Shown one piece after another: positions 18,021-28,171 of a stretch of 64,000 nt of DNA. Source of the DNA: Candidatus Moraniibacteriota bacterium (GTDB lineage Bacteria; Patescibacteriota; Minisyncoccia; Moranbacterales; UBA2206); assembly GCA_030679995.1 (NCBI GenBank), contig JAUXSK010000018.1, positions 41,828 through 105,827 on the forward strand, in the 5' to 3' direction. A program made the position numbers and the translations under genes. The notes beneath the pieces were generated by a model that did not search any database, had not been told where the DNA came from, and saw only the letters and a program-made list of their open reading frames with translations. The stretch's first letter is position 1, and every line of letters starts with the position of its first letter.

Positions 18021-19397
18021 ATGACCAACGAGGAACTTTGGCGGGCCGCTTTAGGGGAAATAGAGCTTTCGATCTCGAAGGCGAACTTCATCACATGGTT
18101 TAAAAACACCTCCATCCTATCAAACAATGATGGTCGCGTCATAATCGGCGTTCCTAACGGATTTGCCAAAGAATGGCTTGAAAACAAATACAATCTCTAT
18201 ATACTCAAAGCTTTGCGAAATATCCAGCCCTCTATAAAAGAGGTTTCTTGCGCCATAGGTTCCGAAAAGGAAAACGCCTTCCGAGAAAACCAGGTCGATG
18301 CGATCATCCCTCCAAAAAGGGTCGTTTTTGAAAAGCCACCGGTCGAAAAAAACTTTCAAATAAGCCAAGAAAATAACCTAAATCCTAAGTATATCTTTGA
18401 GAATTTTATCGTCGGTTCTAGTAATGAGCTGGCTAGGGCGGCCTGCTATGCCGTATCGCAAAATTTGGGCCGTATTTATAATCCGCTTTTCATTTATGGC
18501 GGAGTGGGCTTGGGAAAAACCCATTTATTGCAATCTATCGGCAATGAAATTCTTAAAAAAAATCCTTCCAAGAAAGTAAAATATATCACCTCTGAGCGCT
18601 TCACTAATGAACTGATCGACTCTATCCGGACCCAAAAAATAAACGAATTCAAAGAACATTACCAGAAAATCGACCTTTTAATCATCGACGATGTGCAATT
18701 CCTGTCCGGTAAAGAAAAAACTCAGGAAGAGTTTTTCCATATCTTTAATTACCTGTACCAACTAAACAAACAGATAGTTTTAAGCAGTGACCGCGCACCG
18801 AAAGCTATTCCGACTTTGGAAGAAAGGCTTCGTTCACGCTTTGAAGGCGGGATGATCGCAGATGTTTCCAAAGCTGATTTTGAAACAAGAATGGCTATTT
18901 TAAGCAAAAAGGCGGTTGATGAAGGGTTGACAATTTCCACCACCGCCCTTGATTTTATCGCCCAAAATATCACCCACAACATCCGCGAATTGGAAGGCGC
19001 GCTGAATCGCGTCATCGTCTCGTCGCAACTTACCAACCGGGAACCCACCTTAGATTATGTTTCCGCCCTATTATCAGACATTATCGCCAGTGGCAAAAAA
19101 AAGGGCATAACCCATAAACACATCATCGACGCCGTGTCTTCTTTTTATGATATTGACACCGCTGATTTGATTATGAAGAATAGAAAAAAAGAGGTTGTAA
19201 AACCCCGACAAGTAGCAATGTACCTTATGCGTAGTGAACTCCAATATTCCTACCCGGGAATCGGCGAAAAATTAGGTGGCAGAGACCACACCACCGCTAT
19301 CCATGCTTATGATAAAATATCCAAAGAATTAGAGTTCAATAAAAAACTACTTGAGGACGTCGCTTCTATTAAGGAGCAACTTTACAATATATCCTGA
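18021..19397 (+). CDS. dnaA: Chromosomal replication initiator DnaA
   Basis: YNPLFIYGGVGLGKTHL, LLIIDDVQF, RLRSRFEGG, GGRDHTT. Confidence 0.99.
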   Translation: MTNEELWRAALGEIELSISKANFITWFKNTSILSNNDGRVIIGVPNGFAKEWLENKYNLYILKALRNIQPSIKEVSCAIGSEKENAFRENQVDAIIPPKRVVFEKPPVEKNFQISQENNLNPKYIFENFIVGSSNELARAACYAVSQNLGRIYNPLFIYGGVGLGKTHLLQSIGNEILKKNPSKKVKYITSERFTNELIDSIRTQKINEFKEHYQKIDLLIIDDVQFLSGKEKTQEEFFHIFNYLYQLNKQIVLSSDRAPKAIPTLEERLRSRFEGGMIADVSKADFETRMAILSKKAVDEGLTISTTALDFIAQNITHNIRELEGALNRVIVSSQLTNREPTLDYVSALLSDIIASGKKKGITHKHIIDAVSSFYDIDTADLIMKNRKKEVVKPRQVAMYLMRSELQYSYPGIGEKLGGRDHTTAIHAYDKISKELEFNKKLLEDVASIKEQLYNIS

Positions 19398-19672
19398 TAA
19401 CTTGTGGATAAACTGTATCCCAACCATTATCTATCCCTGTGTATATCTTCTGAATTAACCATATCCGCTGTGTGCACCCAAAAATAAATAATCCAATGTC
19501 TTGACTTATTCCCCAGCTATGAAAATCAGTGATAAAATATCAACTTATCAAATTATCCACAGTAAATTTACTTTATCTTAGCCATAAATAAGACATATCC
19601 CCAGAAATCCAATCCCTATATAATAAACAATAAACTTATAAATATTTAAAGATAAATTATTATATTAATACT
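19398..19672. other. Replication origin oriC (dnaA-dnaN intergenic)
   Basis: Perfect DnaA boxes TGTGGATAA 19403-19411 and TTATCCACA 19553-19561, further degenerate boxes, AT-rich tract ~19616-19672; by eye the + strand shifts from C-rich to G-rich around here. Confidence 0.88.
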
Positions 19673-20827
19673 ATGAAACTAACTTGTACCCAAGAAAATT
19701 TTAAAAAAGCTGTCTTTAATTCGGAACGGATGGTTTCCAGACAAAACACCTTACCGATTTTAAATAATATTTTATTTGAAACTGAAAACGGGGGATTGAA
19801 ACTTTCTGCCACAAATCTTGAAATTGGGGTTTCCGTCCAAATCGGGGCAAAAATAGAAGAAGAGGGGAAAATAACTATTCCGGCTAAATTAATCAGTAAT
19901 TTCGTTAATAATCTGCCAGCTGGGGAAAATATATCCCTGGAAGTGATAGATCAAAGCCTTAAAATAAAAAGCGGTTCATCCAAAGCTGTAATAAAAGGCT
20001 TGTCAGCAGAGGATTTTCCTTTAATACCGAAAAAACAAACGGATTTCATATTGAATATACCAAGCTTGAAATTAAAAAATATAATTTCCAAGGTTATTAC
20101 ATGCGTGGCTTTTAATGAAACACGCCAAGAATTGACCGGGGTGAATCTTGTTTTAAAGGAAAAAGAAATTTTATTTGCCGCTACGGACAGCTTCCGTTTG
20201 GTCGAAAGCAGTTTGAAACTGGAAGAAGTGAATGTAAGCAGTGTTTATAAAGAATTTTTAGAGAAAAAAAATACATTCATTATTCCGGCAAATACCTTTG
20301 TGGAATTGGCGCGGATAATATCATCGGATATTGAAAGTGATATTAAAATAGTTTTTGAGGAGGGGCAGGTATTTTTTGAAATAGACGGTACGGATGTGGT
20401 TTCCCGCCTGATTAACGGTAAATATCCGGATTATAAACATATCGTGCCGGTAGAATTCAAAACCCGGATAGTGGGTGAAAAAAACATTTTTCAAGGAGCG
20501 CTTAAAATGTCCAGCGTTTTTTCAAGCGGGAAGACTAATGAAGTGGTGCTTAAAATCGATGCTGAGGAAAATAAACTCCTGATCGAAGCTAGGAGCGTAG
20601 AAGTGGGTGAAAACTCTTCAGAGCTCACTGTGGACATCGTGGGGTCATCTCAAGAAGTAGTTTTTAATTCAAAATATTTATTGGACGGGATAAACACGGT
20701 TATGACTTCGAAAGTTGCTATTCTTATGAATAATGCTTCCTCGCCGGTAGCGATCAAGGAAATCGATGAAAAAACCGGAGAAGTTTTAGAAGGGTATGTT
20801 TATATTGTAATGCCGATAAAGAATTAA
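19673..20827 (+). CDS. dnaN: DNA polymerase III beta clamp
   Basis: TLPILNN, ATNLEIG, ATDSFRL, SRLINGKYPDY, YIVMPI. Confidence 0.99.
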   Translation: MKLTCTQENFKKAVFNSERMVSRQNTLPILNNILFETENGGLKLSATNLEIGVSVQIGAKIEEEGKITIPAKLISNFVNNLPAGENISLEVIDQSLKIKSGSSKAVIKGLSAEDFPLIPKKQTDFILNIPSLKLKNIISKVITCVAFNETRQELTGVNLVLKEKEILFAATDSFRLVESSLKLEEVNVSSVYKEFLEKKNTFIIPANTFVELARIISSDIESDIKIVFEEGQVFFEIDGTDVVSRLINGKYPDYKHIVPVEFKTRIVGEKNIFQGALKMSSVFSSGKTNEVVLKIDAEENKLLIEARSVEVGENSSELTVDIVGSSQEVVFNSKYLLDGINTVMTSKVAILMNNASSPVAIKEIDEKTGEVLEGYVYIVMPIKN

Positions 20828-20869
20828 GCTCAGTTTTATCGCGATAAATCGTTGGGACGTCGCGGGGAA

Positions 20870-21045
20870 TTAATTTCTCGGCAAATTGTCCCATAATAAA
20901 TCGAAGGTCATTTTTTGCAAATCAACCAGCTCTTTCGATTTGATGATGATCGCTATTTTTTCTTTCCACGAGGCGATGAGCATTTTGTTGTTGTTGATAT
21001 TCACTTCTGGGGAAAAGGTCATTTTGTCTTCCGGCAAAAGTGTTT
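20870..21045 (-). pseudogene. C-terminal remnant of a TrmB-family regulator
   Basis: Hand translation LLPEDKMTFSPEVNINNNKMLIASWKEKIAIIIKSKELVDLQKMTFDLLWDNLPRN* aligns with the C-terminus of the 63115 protein; in-frame TGA just upstream, no HTH. Confidence 0.75.
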
Positions 21046-21049
21046 GGTT

Positions 21050-21196
21050 ATGTGCGAAGAATGTGGTGGTCAGTGGGTGTACTCAGGCTCGGGGGAGCAA
21101 ATGCAGTATCGGTTCTGTAAAAAATGCGGGGCGGAGGAGTTAGTGATCTATCCACTCGGTAAAAAAAGAATAGCATTATGTAGGAACCAAGTATGA
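21050..21196 (+). CDS. Possible small zinc-ribbon protein or gene fragment
   Basis: MCEECGG...FCKKCG (two CxxC); followed by hairpin AAGGCGG...CCGCCTT-TTT at 21244-21277. Confidence 0.4.
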   Translation: MCEECGGQWVYSGSGEQMQYRFCKKCGAEELVIYPLGKKRIALCRNQV

Positions 21197-21315
21197 CCGC
21201 AAACCAAAAAAATAATTAAAGAAGGTGAAAAAGTTTAATTCACAAGGCGGAAACTCATCGAAATTCCCCGCCTTTTTATTTGCTTAAAAGCCGGCTTTTG
21301 ATTATGCTGTATGAT

Positions 21316-21597
21316 ATGAAATCGCTTAAAAACTATTTGGTCAAAAGGGATGTTTTTCAACCCAAGACGCTGGATGACCAGACGGTTTTTTATGTTTTCC
21401 GCAAGGTTATCAAGGAGGAATTCGGCAATGTGGGCATTGAAAAGCTGATTCCGGATTATTACAAAAACAAGACGATATTCGTGAAATCAGACAGTTCGGC
21501 TTGGTCTTCGGAGATGTGGCTGCAAAAGGATCGGATCGTGCGCAAGATGAACGCCGAATTGGGCGAAGGATCGATTGAGAAAATCAAAGTCAAATAA
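21316..21597 (+). CDS. DciA/DUF721 family helicase-loader protein
   Basis: IFVKSDSSAWSSEMWLQKDRIVRKMNAELGEGSIEKI; near dnaN; start placed 8 nt after TATGCT -10. Confidence 0.78.
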   Translation: MKSLKNYLVKRDVFQPKTLDDQTVFYVFRKVIKEEFGNVGIEKLIPDYYKNKTIFVKSDSSAWSSEMWLQKDRIVRKMNAELGEGSIEKIKVK

Positions 21598-21623
21598 AAA
21601 ACCTCGGATTTCCGAGGTTTTTT
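21596..21623. terminator. Bidirectional intrinsic terminator
   Basis: AAAAAACCTCGGA-TT-TCCGAGGTTTTTT between convergent genes. Confidence 0.88.
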
Positions 21624-21634
21624 TGCGAAGTCTA

Positions 21635-24166
21635 CTAGGGGGTTGAAACGATGTTGGTATGGATCGTGATGTTCGTGTTTTTGGATTTGTCATTTTTATC
21701 AACGGCGACGGCTTTGATTTCCAGGTCGGACGTCTTTTTGCTATCAGGCACGGAATAATCATAGCTTAAAGATGAACCGTTTTTAGAAGAGACTTCGTCA
21801 TCATCGACATATAAGGTTATTTTATCTATATCGAAAGCGGAAGAAGCCGAGACTTTGATTGTGACGGTGTCGGAAGTTATCGTCGCGCCATTGGAGGGTG
21901 AAGTTATTTTCACTTTCGGAGCGATGCTGGAAAAATCATCAGACTCGCATTTTTTGGTAGGTGCTGAATCATTGGAAAGGTTTTTATCTTTCTCGGCATA
22001 TTTCTGGACAGCCTTTTCCCAATTTTTAAATTGCGGATCATCTTCAGGGTCTTTAGGGGCATCTCCGCGCGGATCATCCTTTTTGACATACCATAAGATG
22101 GAATGGGCGGAGAAGAATTTTTTCTTAGTTTTGAGGCTGTCCGGGCAGGCATCGGTAGCTAGGCAGTAGTCGTCGTTTTTACCAGGTATCTCGCAGACCT
22201 CGATTTTTTCTTCCGTGTCAAGCTTGCCATTCAGAATCGGCTTGCCGGCATCTTCCGTTTCATATTTCGGAAATTGTTCCACATTATAGTTTTTCAAAGC
22301 GCCATCCATAAATTTCCGCCAGATCGGAGCGGCCACATAGATTCCGTCAGCCCCCTGGGCCATCGTGGAATTGTCATTGTTGCCAGCCCAGACACCAGCA
22401 ACAAGGGATGGCGTGTAACCCATTGCCCATCCGTCGCGCCATTCATTGGTGGTCCCGGTTTTGGCGGCTACGGGACGGTCAGTGAAATTGAACGGATTGT
22501 TGGTTCCGAAAACCGGAGCGCGCAAGGAATTGGTGGACATTACGTAATCAAGCATAGTCACATATTTTTCGTCGATGACTCTTTGGCCGGGGTCGCTTTG
22601 GTATTCTTCAAGAATTTTTCCGGATGAGTCGGTTATTTTCAAGATAGCGGTTTTGTCATGATGGACTCCGCCGGTAGCTAGGGATCCATAGGCATTCGTA
22701 TGGTCAAGCAAGGTCACTTCGCCGCCGCCCAATACCAAAGAGAGTCCGTAATCGAAGGATTTGTCCAAGGTGGTTATACCAAGCGCCTTGGCAGTCGTAA
22801 TGGAATCCTGGACTCCAGCCAGATAGAGCGTTTGGACAGCAGGAACGTTTAGGGACATCGCTAGCGCATCTTTCATTTGGAGCAGCCCGTGATTTTTCCC
22901 GTCATAATTTTTAGGGTTGTAGCTTTTTCCGGAATCGGTTGAAAAATCGGTGTCTACGTCCCACATTTGGGTTTCCGGAGTATAGCCTTTTTTAAAGGCC
23001 GTCAGATAGACATAGGGTTTGAAGGACGATCCGGGCTGGCGGTTACGGATAGTGACATTGACTTGTCCATCAATGGATTTGTCAAAATAATCCTTGCTGC
23101 CTACCATCGCCAGTATTTGTCCGGTACGCGGATCCATCGCGACCATTGCGGCATTTTCAGCCCCATATTTTTTCGTGTTGGATTCCGCGCCTTCTTTGAC
23201 AGCCTGTTCGGCTAATTGTTGTTTATCCCAATCAAGCGTGGTGTAGACCTTAAGGCCGCCTTGTTCCAATGCTTGCTGCCCATAAGTTTTTTCCAGATAT
23301 TCCTTGATGTACATTACGAAATGTGGCGCGGAAATATTTTCCGAAGACGGCCGTATTTTTGCCAATATATCGACTTCCTTGGCTGCGGCGGCTTGTTCCT
23401 GGGAGATGTAACCGAATTTTTCCATCTGGGTCAGCGCATACAGCTGTCTGCCTCGCAAGGCGTCGGCATTATTTCCATAAGGGGAATAATAGGATGGCGC
23501 TTGGGGCAGGGCGGCTAGAAGGGCGGCCTCATCAAGCGTGAGTTCTGAAGCATGTTTGCCGAAAAAAGTTTGCGCGGCCGCTTCGACGCCATAGGCATTG
23601 GAGCCGTAGGGGATTTCATTGAGGTACATCGCCAATATTTCATCCTTGGAAAATTTAAGCTCGATTTCGATGGCCAGAATCAACTCTTTGATTTTGCGGG
23701 AAAGTGACCTTTCATCGGTAAGGATGGAGTTTTTGACGAATTGCTGGGTAATCGTGGAGCCGCCCCGTCCGCCACCTCGGCGCAAGACGTTTGAAATTAC
23801 GGCATTGGCCAAACCTCGCACATCAAAACCCGGGTGGTGGTAAAAATTCTGGTCTTCCAGGGAAATGGTGGCGTATTTGATGGCATCCGGCATATCGGTG
23901 AATTGGATTTGGGTCCTTTTTTCTTCACCATGGATGTCGTAGAGCAGATGGTCGCCCGTGCGGTCGTAGATTTTAGTCGATTCCGTAACGACCCGTTTGC
24001 TGATTCCATTGGCGCTGGGCAAATCTTTGGCGAAATAGACGAAAATGCCCAAAATCATAAGCACGGAAAGGCCTGTCGCATAAGCGCTGATCCTACCAAA
24101 CATCCGCCAGCGGTTTTTGCTGGAGGTATTTTTGAAATTTCTTAAGGGAGAGAATATTTTGTCCAT
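21635..24166 (-). CDS. Class A penicillin-binding protein (PBP1A family) with C-terminal Ig-like domain
   Basis: EDQNFYHH, GGSTITQQ, RKIKE, YLNEIPYG; SSFK, SLN, KTGT; VKITSPSNG Ig tail. Confidence 0.96.
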   Translation of the reverse strand: MDKIFSPLRNFKNTSSKNRWRMFGRISAYATGLSVLMILGIFVYFAKDLPSANGISKRVVTESTKIYDRTGDHLLYDIHGEEKRTQIQFTDMPDAIKYATISLEDQNFYHHPGFDVRGLANAVISNVLRRGGGRGGSTITQQFVKNSILTDERSLSRKIKELILAIEIELKFSKDEILAMYLNEIPYGSNAYGVEAAAQTFFGKHASELTLDEAALLAALPQAPSYYSPYGNNADALRGRQLYALTQMEKFGYISQEQAAAAKEVDILAKIRPSSENISAPHFVMYIKEYLEKTYGQQALEQGGLKVYTTLDWDKQQLAEQAVKEGAESNTKKYGAENAAMVAMDPRTGQILAMVGSKDYFDKSIDGQVNVTIRNRQPGSSFKPYVYLTAFKKGYTPETQMWDVDTDFSTDSGKSYNPKNYDGKNHGLLQMKDALAMSLNVPAVQTLYLAGVQDSITTAKALGITTLDKSFDYGLSLVLGGGEVTLLDHTNAYGSLATGGVHHDKTAILKITDSSGKILEEYQSDPGQRVIDEKYVTMLDYVMSTNSLRAPVFGTNNPFNFTDRPVAAKTGTTNEWRDGWAMGYTPSLVAGVWAGNNDNSTMAQGADGIYVAAPIWRKFMDGALKNYNVEQFPKYETEDAGKPILNGKLDTEEKIEVCEIPGKNDDYCLATDACPDSLKTKKKFFSAHSILWYVKKDDPRGDAPKDPEDDPQFKNWEKAVQKYAEKDKNLSNDSAPTKKCESDDFSSIAPKVKITSPSNGATITSDTVTIKVSASSAFDIDKITLYVDDDEVSSKNGSSLSYDYSVPDSKKTSDLEIKAVAVDKNDKSKNTNITIHTNIVSTP

Positions 24167-24244
24167 AAAATATTATATTTTAAAATACAGCCGAAAGAGG
24201 GTATTTACAGTCATCATCGGAATGCCGTGAAGTCAATTGGTATT

Positions 24245-26200
24245 CTACGATAATTCCGGGTTTTTATCAAGCTCGTCGGCGGGGCTGTTTTCGGATATTT
24301 GAAGTTTATAGCCATCCTTGATTTTATCCCAAATTTTCAAGGCATATCGTGACGGGGTTTTAATTTTAGCCGCGTCAAGAAAACCAAGCTTCGCGAGGGA
24401 GGTGATAGTTTCCAGATTGATGCCTAGATAGGCGTATTTTTCTTTGCCGATAGCTTTTAGCTTGTCCATCAGTAAAAGTTGCTCCAAATAGGCGGTGGCA
24501 TCGCTTCGCGTAAGGATTCCGGACTGCCCTGAAAAACCAGTAGCGCTGTTAAAGAGTCTCTTAACCGATCCGATAGCCGTTTTTAAGCGCAAGTCTACTT
24601 TTTTTTGAAAGTTTTTGTCCGTAATAATCCCAGCGTCCAGCTGGGCCTTTAAAATTTTATAGGCACTATCGTAGAAAGCGGATACACAATCTAAATAATC
24701 TCCGCCTCGCAGCCGGCAAACCATCGCTCGGACGTAATGTGGTATGGGTATCGAACGGGTGCCAAAAGCTTCAGTGGAGATGATGTCCTGCATATGCATC
24801 GCTCCTCCTTCCGCATAGATTCCTCTTCTGTCGCTATTGATGCGGTTGAATAATGTAAGCGGCAGGGCCTCCCTGTTTATTTTTTGAAAAATATGGGCGA
24901 TTTCATGTCCAAGCATAACGGAAATAACGGACTCGACCGTCCTTTTTTTATTTTCAGTGTGTCCCAATTCGTAGACTTTTCGTTTTTGATCAATGTTGTT
25001 CGTTTTAAATTCAGGTCCGGTTACGACTTGCCATTTGCCGTCTGGCGCAGGGTTTTCCCTGGATGGATCATATTCTAAACTTGGATAGACGCTTTTTTCC
25101 TTACAATTTTCCAATAACTCCTCGACCCAGGGGAGATATTGTTCAACGGACATTTTCGCATCGAGAATTTTTTTAGGATCCAGGCCTTTTTTTTGGATGT
25201 TTTCATTTGTGGATAAGGCATTTTCCAAATAAAGCTTTTCTATTTGATCGGCATACCCCTCGATTTCTTTACTGATCTGCTCCCTGTCTCCAGAAGCGTT
25301 GTATTCTTGGGAGGCGCCGTAAATGAATTTATCGAAACGGGCTAGTGTTTTTTCTGGATCGGAAAGTCCATAAAAAAGCTGGATGTCGTCCGGATGCTTT
25401 TTGGCGGGATGGGCTAGGGCGCTTTCTTCTTTTGAAATCGTTTCGTCGCCCAAAATGTCTGCCGTATTTTTGGCGGCTATTCCAAAAAAAACTTGGTTAG
25501 CGATCATTTCATTGACTCTTTTTTTGTAGAGAGTCAATATTTCGCGTAAACCTTCGTTCAGGCCTGAAGATGGCGTCGCGGGAGAACCGAGGCTGGCGAG
25601 TTTTTCCTTGAGAAAATGTTTAAAAATGCGTAGCTGGCTGATTTTTTTTAAAGAAATGTCCGGAGTCAATAGGATAGTGGCTCTTTCCGGCAAGGGCGTC
25701 TCGGGATTGATTCGCAGGCTTCCGTCAACCGCTTTTTGTCGGGAGAGCCTGAGAAAGAAATTATTATCGGAAAAGTTTATGGATCTTCCAAAAAGTTCGG
25801 CGACTTCCTTTGAGGAAACGGTTTTTTCATCAATCAATTGCCTGATAGCTTGGCGGTTTTTCAAGATGGAGGCTGTGACAGCTTGGATCGTTTCCCCGTC
25901 CAATTCTATCCCGGTAGTGGCGAAAAAGTCTTTGCGTCCCGCATCGGATAGGAAATATTCGGGATAGAAAGTATGGCTGACAGATACTAATTTGTAGATA
26001 GTCTCGAAATTTCCCCCTAGTTCATTTTCAAAATCCAGAAGCTCCGCGATTTCTTTTTTAGATAATTCTATTTTTGGCAACTCCCCAGACTCGATTTTCT
26101 CCAAATTTTCAATTTTTTGATCGACGCCAGCCGATGCGCGTTCCGGATACAGTCGAGTTGTTTTTTGGGTTTCAAAATTCATAAAGTCCGAACTAAACAC
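24245..26200 (-). CDS. Zincin metallopeptidase, DUF1704/MATCAP-like C-terminal domain
   Basis: LGHEIAHIFQKIN...LPL...YAEGGA resembles the HExxH...EGLA signature; later KRLF and AYLE segments; own TTGGAA-17-TATAAT promoter upstream. Confidence 0.6.
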   Translation of the reverse strand: MFSSDFMNFETQKTTRLYPERASAGVDQKIENLEKIESGELPKIELSKKEIAELLDFENELGGNFETIYKLVSVSHTFYPEYFLSDAGRKDFFATTGIELDGETIQAVTASILKNRQAIRQLIDEKTVSSKEVAELFGRSINFSDNNFFLRLSRQKAVDGSLRINPETPLPERATILLTPDISLKKISQLRIFKHFLKEKLASLGSPATPSSGLNEGLREILTLYKKRVNEMIANQVFFGIAAKNTADILGDETISKEESALAHPAKKHPDDIQLFYGLSDPEKTLARFDKFIYGASQEYNASGDREQISKEIEGYADQIEKLYLENALSTNENIQKKGLDPKKILDAKMSVEQYLPWVEELLENCKEKSVYPSLEYDPSRENPAPDGKWQVVTGPEFKTNNIDQKRKVYELGHTENKKRTVESVISVMLGHEIAHIFQKINREALPLTLFNRINSDRRGIYAEGGAMHMQDIISTEAFGTRSIPIPHYVRAMVCRLRGGDYLDCVSAFYDSAYKILKAQLDAGIITDKNFQKKVDLRLKTAIGSVKRLFNSATGFSGQSGILTRSDATAYLEQLLLMDKLKAIGKEKYAYLGINLETITSLAKLGFLDAAKIKTPSRYALKIWDKIKDGYKLQISENSPADELDKNPELS

Positions 26201-26294
26201 TAAGTAGTTTAATTATAGGACTATATTATGATTTTTCCAAAAAAAAATAAGCTTGCGAATAGCCCATTGATATTCCGGAGGAGAAGCGCCGGCT

Positions 26295-27239
26295 TTAAAC
26301 ATCCGCCAATCGTCCAAGTGATTGCAAAACGCTTTTTATGAAAACAGCGGAATTTTTCATTTTTTCCGAAGGAAAGCCGATCTGGTCATTCAATTCAAAA
26401 ACGAACGGTTCCGCCCCGTTTTGGACACCAAGATCGATAGAATAGACCGGACGGTTGAATTTTTCATCGATGCGCTCTTGTATTTTTTTCACCCTATCGA
26501 TGATGAATGCCGGGATATTTTCAAGGGGGACTTCTTTGATCGATCCGCCCTGGGCGACATTGGCCAGAAGCGATCCCTCCTTGGGCGCGCGTACATGACT
26601 CAAGACGATTTTGCCATCCGCGATCACTATGCGCAAATCATGGTGGCCATCGATAATCCCGGGGATTCCGCGGGAAGTATCGACAAATTCTTGAAGAATA
26701 TATTCGCGACCCTCTGGGATATCTGCTTGTTTTATTTTTTCCGCGCGATCAATCACGATCCCGTTGCCGCACATCCCGTTGGCGGGCTTGAGCACGACCA
26801 ACGCGGACGGAGAAAATGATTCCAGTTGCCGCAATAGTCCGGCCCTGTCTTTGATCTGGGAGCTTTTGGGCATAAAATCGCCGATAAATTCCTGAGTCGC
26901 ATTTTTATTGTTGCACAATCTTTTAAAATGGATATTATTCAAAGTTTTAGAGCCGGCATCTTCAGTCGGAAAAGACATCCCGCCGCTCCGATCGAAAACG
27001 GCATCCGCCTCGATGCTTTCCGTTTCCGGTTCAAAAAAAATTCCATTATAGCGATAGGCGTTATTGAAGACCAAAGGGCCTGTAGCGTCGGTTTTGCCGC
27101 TGGCGATATACATATCGAAGCCTTCAGCTAAGCCTTGTTTGAAAAAATCATGATAGACGCTCCTTTTCGCATCGAAAGTGGAGAAGGGATCCTTTTCCAT
27201 CTTACGCCTATGGAAATACATCACTATTTTTTTTCGCAT
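26295..27239 (-). CDS. ATP-grasp ligase (GshB/RimK/YheC-D-like)
   Basis: VLKPANGMCGNGI, ILQEFVD, HDLRI, ANVAQGG, SIDLG, FELN. Confidence 0.88.
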   Translation of the reverse strand: MRKKIVMYFHRRKMEKDPFSTFDAKRSVYHDFFKQGLAEGFDMYIASGKTDATGPLVFNNAYRYNGIFFEPETESIEADAVFDRSGGMSFPTEDAGSKTLNNIHFKRLCNNKNATQEFIGDFMPKSSQIKDRAGLLRQLESFSPSALVVLKPANGMCGNGIVIDRAEKIKQADIPEGREYILQEFVDTSRGIPGIIDGHHDLRIVIADGKIVLSHVRAPKEGSLLANVAQGGSIKEVPLENIPAFIIDRVKKIQERIDEKFNRPVYSIDLGVQNGAEPFVFELNDQIGFPSEKMKNSAVFIKSVLQSLGRLADV

Positions 27240-28135
27240 ACGGTTAAATATTCAGCTAATTTTTTAATTTCAGGTGAAATATTGATATCCAGCGTGAGTG
27301 CCGGGCAACTGTTAACCTCGAATATCACAGGACTTCCGTCCGGCCGTTCGATGACATCTACGCCTGCGACCTGGATATGCGTCGTTCGGGCTGCCAAAAC
27401 AGCCTCTTTTTTGATACGGTTTCCGACTGTGGAAATATCGACAAATTCTTCAGTCGCCCCCAAATGCACGTTGTTCCGGAAAGCTTCTTTTTCAGAGCGG
27501 ATTTTTTTCTCAGTTACGGCCACTTTGCTTCCAGTCACAAGGATTCGATATTCAAAATCATTGGGGATGAATTCCTGCAGGAAGATTTCCTTGCGGTCAT
27601 CCTGACTGGATCTTTCCAGGATGATTTTTTCCAGCTCACTGATATTTTTGGCCAAAAAAACACCCGCCCCTTGCGAAGAGTTGCATTCTTTGACTACGAT
27701 CGGCAATTTCAGATATGTTACGGCATTGCGCAGGTGCTTTTTCGGATATGATCCGGCGAAATAAGTCTTGGGAATGGAAATCCCTGCCAACGCCAGGCGG
27801 AACATCTGGGTTATCTTGGCGGCATCGGATGCGTCCTTAGTTTGTTCATGGTAGCGGTCGATCAGATTGACTCCGGATTTTTTCGCTATGTGCGCCAGCA
27901 TATGGGCAACACCCCTGTTCCGGCCGACCTTTCTGATATAAATATTGTTCCAGGATGTCACCGGTTTCCCGCAAATCGACAATCCGACTTTGTTTTTTTC
28001 TATTTGAATTTCGGTCTCTTCTAGACTGGAAACGGAAAAATCCACTCCTTTCCGGGCGAGTTCGGCGCCGGTCAGGCGTAAAAATTTTTTCATTTTCGGT
28101 CCGGTCTTCTTCTTGTTTTTTAATATCAGCAACAT
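27224..28135 (-). CDS. RimK-family ATP-grasp ligase
   Basis: IPKTY, PIVVK...SQGAGVFL, LQEFIP..EYRI, FRNNVHLGA, AGVDVI, FEVNSCP. Confidence 0.9.
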   Translation of the reverse strand: MLLILKNKKKTGPKMKKFLRLTGAELARKGVDFSVSSLEETEIQIEKNKVGLSICGKPVTSWNNIYIRKVGRNRGVAHMLAHIAKKSGVNLIDRYHEQTKDASDAAKITQMFRLALAGISIPKTYFAGSYPKKHLRNAVTYLKLPIVVKECNSSQGAGVFLAKNISELEKIILERSSQDDRKEIFLQEFIPNDFEYRILVTGSKVAVTEKKIRSEKEAFRNNVHLGATEEFVDISTVGNRIKKEAVLAARTTHIQVAGVDVIERPDGSPVIFEVNSCPALTLDINISPEIKKLAEYLTVCEKK

Positions 28136-28171
28136 AAGCGTTTTTAGTTACTTATTATAAAAACGGCTGGG

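Noticed and set aside
20886-21143. + strand ORF 20886-21143 and the first half of 20915-21196
   Set aside because: Antisense shadows of the TrmB remnant; TTG starts with no SD or promoter support
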